Notes under the pieces: model-generated
The model's database searches: none
Told to the model about the DNA's origin: nothing
The model's input: only the letters and a program-made list of their open reading frames with translations
DNA from: Octopus vulgaris
Lineage: Eukaryota
Length of the DNA: 64,000 nucleotides
Direction of reading: 5' to 3'
NCBI GenBank assembly: GCA_951406725.2
Contig: OX597826.1
Span: 21,018,001-21,082,000, forward strand
Position numbers and translations under genes: made by a program
Shown here: one piece after another, positions 56,143 through 64,000 of the stretch
How the letters are laid out: each line of letters opens with the position of its first letter
Numbering within the stretch: position 1 is the stretch's first letter

Positions 56143-58000
56143 CGTTGTATCAATTTTAATCCATTCTGCAGCTAATATGAAGAATATTATTGCTCTTTCG
56201 AAAAACATTAGGAAGCAAACACGATGCTGAAGAGTCTTCGACCGAAGACACGACTCTCTCTGTGTCTACAGTAATGTAAGAAACTCTTTTGTCAGGAATA
56301 AAAAAATAAATTTCAGGAACATGACATGGCGGCTGTCAAAGAATCGTTGATTTATTTTGCTGTTGTAATGACTAATTAACGATGGGTAGTTTATACCTTT
56401 CCCGTGGTTCTCTTAGCTTTACATATATTGCCCAGAGGAAATCTACTGACAATACACTGTACACTGGGATATACCGCATGTATGTATGTAGGTAGGTAGG
56501 TAGGTAGGTAGGTAGGTAGGTAGGTAGGTAGGTAGGTGGGTGGGTGGGTAGGTAGGTAGGTATGTAGGTAGGTAGGTAGGTAGGTAGGTAGGTAGGTAGG
56601 TAGGTAGGTAAGTAGGTAGGTAGATATTTAGGTACGCAGTTATGTATGTACGTATGCATGAATGTATATATGTATGTATGTGTGTATGTATGTAGATGCG
56701 TCTCTGTGTATGTGTGTGTATGTATGCCTGTATGTATGTGTGTGTATTATGTGTGTACGTATGCGTGTGTTTGTGTGTATATATGGTGTTATATGTGTAT
56801 GTATATGTGTATGTATCTATGTGTGTAGGTACGTACGCACGTATGATTGTACGTATGTATGTATGTTTGTATGTGTTCATGTATGTATATATATATTTAA
56901 AATATCGTTTAATATATTTAGCAGTATGGCTTCCCGGTACACAAATTTACAGAACGTCATCTCCCGTGACAGTCTTCACTCATTCATTGCTGGTAATTAA
57001 AGAACCAACCGAGTCACTTTCCACAACAAGCAGGCTGCACTCATGGACAACCTTCGCAAATTGTGTATGAGTGTTCTTCGTGTGCAAGAGGCTTGCTTTT
57101 CTTGATTCAGTCATTTTGGTACATGTTCTCTTTAATGATGATCTGATATCAACAACGCACGCGATGGACCAGCAGCAACACAGTTGTAAGGAAATGTTAC
57201 TGGAGATAATAAACAACGATCGTCTGTCGGCGATTATTTGATAAAATATCTGATAGATGTCGCTGTGGTTAGTTTATAACCGCTGTATTACCTCGTTCAC
57301 TTGATTCATTGTAAGCAGACAATATGGCAGTTAGGAGAAAATAAAAACATTTAAGTATAAATTTGACCAGTTTAACAAATGGCAACAGTGTTGGGGGAAA
57401 TAGTGCAACAGAGCGGTGAGCAAATGTAGAGAATTGGTAAATACAATATGTAACCTAGCAGCAAATACCAAAATAATACTCACAGCTCAGTTAAATTAAG
57501 GAACACTAAACAAACACAAACGGAACTATTTTCAACAAACAATAAAACAGAAATCCATAAATGTTTATTGGTTGTCAGTTTTTTTGTATGATGTTCTCTA
57601 ATTGAAAGAATCACGCTACAAGCTGTTTATTGTAAGCTTTCTGCAATGGTTGAACGAAGTGGCGGGGAGGCAGTGCATAGTTCCTACATGAACAAAAGAA
57701 TGAAATGTTCTACATTGCTGCGTGTGGAGCAAACATTAGCAAAGAGAGAAACAATGTTCTCTCTTCTTTTTTTTTTTTTTTTTTGCAATCCTCTTTTGTG
57801 AAGCAGTTTTGTTCAGTTGGCAATATGTCTGCCACTTGTCACGCAATCCTGCATGCTCGTTTGTTTTTTGTTCAAATATCAATAAATTATTAGCACAGAC
57901 GGGGAGGTTAGAATGTTATTCCCTTTAGTTTTTTTTTTTATTTTACATAATTTGTCAAAACTTGTTTTATTATTTTCATTTCCAATGAGAAAGAAAGAAA

Positions 58001-58052
<52 letters not shown>

Positions 58053-58744
58053 AAACATTTATTCCGGACATTTGACTCTTGAAGAAATAAAAATCATATT
58101 TTTTTTTTCTGCATCTTAACTGATTTCATTAATAATACGAATTACCAAATGTGTCATTTATAGAAAGCTTTTGATTACATTTATTTTTTGTTGATGTTTT
58201 AAGCGTTTATTTGTTTTTGTTTCCAATAAATTTAAGTGTGTAGCATTGATGGGAAACATTTACAGTGTATAATAACTTCGATGTTTAATAAATCGGAAAC
58301 ATCATTAGCAGAAATGGAACATCAGAAATCGCAGATCGGAAACGATTTCAATTATTTATTTCTGTTTTATATCTTTCGCTGCATCGTAACGCTTGCCTTT
58401 CGCAATTCGTGCTGCCTGCAAAGACAATCATTTGACAATTCCGTTTAAAAAAATTCAGATAAATCAGCATTTAAGGAGATACCTAAATACATATTATTCA
58501 GCATAAACAATATTTATGCTGGTATTCATTGCTTTCAGAAAATACTTTGATGCCAAATAAATACGGAAATATTCGAGTCTTTGTTTCAATAACGTTTTCG
58601 TTTTATTTATAGAGTTTCTGTATTTCGTTTCGGCAACAGAAACAAAACAAAAATCAGACAAAAGGAATAAAAACATTGAGGTAACCCAACACGTAATCCA
58701 ACACGTATATTGTTGTTGTTGTTGTTGTTGTTAATTATTATTAG

Positions 58745-59394
58745 CGCGGCAAGCTGAAAGAATTGTTACCGCGCTGGACAAAATGCTTAGCGGCATTTCT
58801 TCCGACTTTACATTCTGAGTTCAAATGCCACCGGGGTCGACTTTGCCTTTCACTCTTTCGAGGTTCATAAACTAAGTACCAGTCGAGTACTGGGGATCCA
58901 TGTAATCGATTTGTTCTCTCCCAAGAAATTGCTGGCCTTGTGTCAAAATTTGAACTCAATATTCAAAGTGTCGAGTCGACAGAATCGTTATGAAACTGAT
59001 CAAGATACTTAGCGACGTTTCACCTGTCTCTACGTCCCAAGTTCAAATCCCATCTTGCCTTTCATCCTTTCGACGTCCATAAAATAAGGACCCGTTGAGC
59101 ACTGGGTCAAAGTAATCGACTTACCCCCTCCCCTCTAAAATTAGAAAGCATTAGCATTATTATTATCATTAGCTGGCAAAATCGCTGGTACTATGGGTAA
59201 GGTGCTTAGCGACATTTCGTCCGTCTTTACGTTCTGAGTTCAAATTCCACTGAGGTCGACTTTGCCTTTCATCTTTTCAGAGTCGATAAAATAAGTACCA
59301 GTTACGCACTGGTGTAAATACAATCGACTATACCCCTCCCCCCAAATTTCAGGCCTTTGCCTAAAGTAGAAAGGATTATTATTATTATTATTAT

Positions 59395-59395
<1 letters not shown>
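58745..59395 (+). mobile_element. Three head-to-tail SINE family B copies
   Basis: Heads at ~58745, ~58970 and ~59170, each with the ttgcctttca core; (ATT)n/(AGT)n tail after the third. Confidence 0.85.
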
Positions 59396-59449
<54 letters not shown>

Positions 59450-59589
59450 TTTTCTTTGAATTTTGTTTCCATTTCTTGCCGAGTGTCTTGCCAACACCTA
59501 GGTTAAGAAACGCCCTGAATATATTGATAGGCCTTTAAAATAAACACACCAGATTGTTCAGTTACAAAATAAAATAAAATTATGTAAAA

Positions 59590-60650
59590 TTATTATTATT
59601 ATTATTTTGGTTTGGCTCAGGTTCGGTCTTATTCCTGGTAGGATTTATACGGGTAGCGGTTTACTACCTGTAACCTTAGGTATACACAAGTTTTCAGTGA
59701 TCTTCCAAGTGCTTAGAACCCTCCGGATAATCCTTGCTGTCCCTAAGAGACAAACTTTTGTTGGGGACTCTACCGAGTATTTTATTTCAATCTCCTTCAG
59801 CCATTAGTCTATATCTTGGCTTACTGTTCCCAATGCACCAATTATTATAGTCACGACCTTTACAGTTTTCATACTCCAAATTCTTCCTATTTCAAATTTT
59901 AAAGGATTATATTTTCTTTATTTTCCATCTTCTTTCTTTACTGGAATCAAACGGGCATGATGGGTCGATAAACAAGCAACTTTGCTTTACCTTAATTATA
60001 ATTATTATGTTTTTATTTTTATGCTTATGTATTCCAGCCAACTTTCTATTTCTTTGCTCTCTGCGCCAAATATTTCTAACATAATATACACCTTTTTCAT
60101 AGACCGTAGTTTTTGGTTTCTCTCTTCAGAGCTTCATATCGCGACAGTTTTTCTCATTTCGGCGATTCTGCTATCCTCAAGGCAAGCGACGTCTATGATC
60201 AGGCACAATTTTTCTTCCTTATCTACCAATACAAAATAGGGTTTCCGACGTTCGAATTCATGATCACATTGCATCATGAAGTCCTAAAGTATCTTTTCTC
60301 TGTCATTTTGTATCACACCCTTAGATTCATGTTCATACCATTTTCTTGCTTTTTCCCAATCCAAACACGTTACATAGTTCCTAGTGAACCATTTTAGCGA
60401 CATTATCATGCCTTCTCTTGTAGTCTCCCTCGGTCAACTTACTGCATTCGCTTAAAATATATCACACTGTCTCTCCACTTGCACCACACATCCTGCATTT
60501 GTCAGAGTCTGTGGAATGGTCAATTCTGTGTTTGTTCTCAACACTTGTTCATATGCTGCACGAGTCAAGGCCTCCATTTCAGGTTTCAAGTTGCTTTTCT
60601 GTAACCCCAGGCATCTTTCATCTGTATCTGTGTCCCTTAATACCTCTGTT
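59590..60650 (-). mobile_element. R4/Dong-clade RLE non-LTR retrotransposon 3' fragments (two, in tandem)
   Basis: Minus peptides CRMCGASGETV*YILSECSKLTEGDYKRRHDNVA, RRKPYFVLVDK, CLIIDVAC; second copy CLFIDPSCPFD, VVTIIIGALGTV, VCLLGTARIIRRVL; short 3' UTR and (AAT)n tail. Confidence 0.88.
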
Positions 60651-60839
60651 AACAACTGTATTGTTGTTATTGTTATTGGTGTTGTTATTTACGTACGAAA
60701 GAAGATGCGAAGACAAACACCCAGCAAAATGAAATGATACTTAGCAAGGAAGTGGGTTTGTCTAAATTTGGTTTATTGTTTCAGCTGTTATGTCTACCTC
60801 TTTAAACAAGGCAGCGAAGATCGTATACGTACATACATT

Positions 60840-61086
<247 letters not shown>

Positions 61087-62430
61087 TAGTAGAAATGCCA
61101 AACTGTTTCTTCTTCCGCATGGAACGCAGGATCCAAGTCCAAAGTGATTAGTTCTGATCAAACCAAATAAGATGAAAACTTGGAGATGTTCAGGTCATTA
61201 ACCTTAAAGATATTCAAAAAAATGGTAACAAATCACTGTTTAGAATATCTTCTTTGCTTGATACAACAGTTCACGGCCCAACAGACTCGAGATGAGAGGC
61301 TTTGGATAACTTATAGAATCAAACAACAATTTAGAGTTGGACATGATGGCTTAGATGTATCAAACCGATTGTTTCTTGTTTTTATTATATTTTCCTTCAA
61401 GCAAGATGTGTAAGATTGATAAACATAAGTGAGAAATGGCGGTGCTTTGCTGTTGTTGTTGTCGTCGTCGTCGTCGTCGTCGTCATTGAGGTTGTTGTTG
61501 TTGTTGTTGTTTGTGGTGGTGGTGGTGTTTTAGCACCAGCAATTAATCTGTAGTTTAAAAGCCAAACTATTTCCATGGTGAGATATGAGGAAATGTCCAT
61601 TCACATTTTGTTATTGAACAATTTGACTAATATTAATCGGTTTTTGCAAAGCAAATGTCCAGAGAGCAGAAATGGTGGCGTCAGAGAAATGAAAGATTTC
61701 GTTATTTCATCTAAAAATGGTACTTCTTTAATTAATCATTTAACAATAGACATTCAAATTTGTTTTAAATTTTTTTGTCCAAATGTGAAAGTACCACTCC
61801 TTCTCCTTCTCCCCCGTCTCCTTCAACAGCTGCGAATTCTAATTCTTGTTCAGATATAAGAAACATAAAACTGTAGAATCTGGGACAAACAAAACAAAAA
61901 CAGAAAAACAGATCGGAAAGAAAAGCAAACGGACAAAAAAAAAAGAGGAACAGCCACGGCTGGGCTATTAAGAAGATGGCAATTACGTAGATCTAGGTTC
62001 AATCCCAGCATGCTACACAATAGACATATATATTCAACTTCAGCTCAAAGTCCCTGGAAGTGGGGTGGAAGTCTTTGAGAGGGATCTTTCATGAGTCAAA
62101 GCCTTAATCTGTTGCCTGATTCAGTAGTACCAGGTAACATTGGTGGAGTTCATCCTGTTGCAAGCAATCAGACCAGGTCTTCGGTCTGAGAATATCTTGA
62201 TTCTTTATTCACTGTTAACTCGGTGACTCTGAAAGGGGCCAAAAATGGCGGCCGAAGTCATTCTAAAAAAAATCAATAGACGTCATAGCCATGTAAATTT
62301 AAATATAGGAAGAGACTGAATTATTCCTGGTTTTGGTGGTGGGAGTCTTCGATATAAATTCTGATGAACGAGCAGCAGTTTCTAAATTGTTTTAAGTGCG
62401 TGTGTGTGTGTGTATATATATATATAAATA

Positions 62431-62877
<447 letters not shown>

Positions 62878-62895
62878 ATATGTGTGTGTATGTAT

Positions 62896-62939
<44 letters not shown>

Positions 62940-62944
<5 letters not shown>

Positions 62945-63210
62945 ATAAAGGGCTTAGTAAAATAAATTACTTTGCCACATACTGAACTCATTAGAAATAG
63001 CAGCCCAAAAAAATTTTTTTAGCCATTTCTAATACTTAAAGAAAATTTCTCTCAGATAGTGTTTACTCAAAATAGCTATTTTGAGTAAACACTATCTGAG
63101 AGAAATTTTCTTTAAGTATTAGAAATGGCTAAAAAAATTTTTTTGGCTGCTATTTCTAATGAGTTCAGTATGTGGCAAAGTAATTTATTTTACTAAGCCC
63201 TTTATAAAAT
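62940..63210. repeat. Near-perfect ~270-bp palindrome with no loop
   Basis: Centre AG|CT at 63075/63076; arms of about 135 bp differ only around a homopolymer run. Confidence 0.97.
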
Positions 63211-63300
63211 GTAATATTTTGAATTCGCCTTAAATGGTCCCTTTACATACTGAATACTTGGTGAAATTGATTAATAATTAATTAATTTTACCCTCAATTG

Positions 63301-63470
<170 letters not shown>

Positions 63471-63471
63471 G

Positions 63472-63509
<38 letters not shown>

Positions 63510-63510
<1 letters not shown>

Positions 63511-64000
63511 GAGGGGCGTTCAATAAGTAATGCCCCTGACCCACTTCCCACAGCAGTAGAGCAACGAAACTTGGCACAGTTATTAGTCTTTTTCTACATA
63601 GAAACCACCCAGAGTTACGCATTTCTCCCATCGTTTGATGCAGCTCTGGAGACCTTTTTTTTTTTTAAAGACCCCAGCTTGGTCCTCCAACCACGACGTG
63701 ACTTCAGAAATCAAGGCTGCATCATCTGGGAAACGCTTTCCTTTCAAAAACAACATCATGGCTGGGAAGAGGTGAAAATCCGAGGGTGCAAGGTCAAGAG
63801 AGTAGGGGCATGGGGGAGGAGTTCATAGCCGCACGCTTGTGCTTCTGATCTGGCGACCATCGAGTTGTGGACCGGAGCGTTGTCCTGCAGGAGGAGGATG
63901 CCTTTGCTGATCTTGCCCCGCCTCTTGATTTTGATAGCTTCTCTTAATTTCATCAAAAGTGAAGCATAATAGGCTCCTGTAATTGTGGTACCCCTTGCCA
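63510..64000 (-). mobile_element. Mariner transposon 3' end, frameshifted, runs off window
   Basis: ORF 63756..63956 KLREAIKIKRRGK..LLLQDNAPVH..YELLPH; TIR TA-cgaggggcgttcaataagtaatgccc. Confidence 0.9.

Noticed and set aside
56226-56262. CTGAAGA-GTCTTC(GACC)GAAGAC hammerhead 5' half
   Set aside because: GAAA and stem I are missing.

Overview
AT-rich, repeat-saturated eukaryotic DNA, intergenic or intronic, with no recognisable host protein-coding exon. The tRNA-derived SINE families and the density of (TA)n/(TG)n/(TATG)n/(GATA)n/(ATT)n tracts resemble an octopus (coleoid cephalopod) genome; this is pattern recognition, not a database match. Nearly all track ORFs are microsatellite read-throughs. 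Coding remnants are all decayed transposons: an L1/Tx1 LINE 3' half (1-2230), two Penelope-like elements (17.1-18.1 kb; 29.7-31.1 kb with RT and GIY-YIG), R4/Dong fragments (59.6-60.6 kb), RTE and CR1/L2-group fragments, two mariners and a mariner foldback MITE. The best signals are at RNA level: (1) dispersed minimal type I hammerhead ribozyme motifs, near-complete at 3342-3406 (+), 20456-20569 (-) and 35060-35105 (+), with relics in palindromic inserts near microsatellites; (2) a U6 snRNA copy lacking its ISL, directly 5' of a SINE (3445-3930); (3) a 36-bp element with Helitron termini; (4) a covarying CUUGU stem-loop in SINE tails, resembling the LINE 3' end; (5) a ~270-bp loopless palindrome. 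Alignments and folds were done by eye, and edges of degenerate repeats are approximate.
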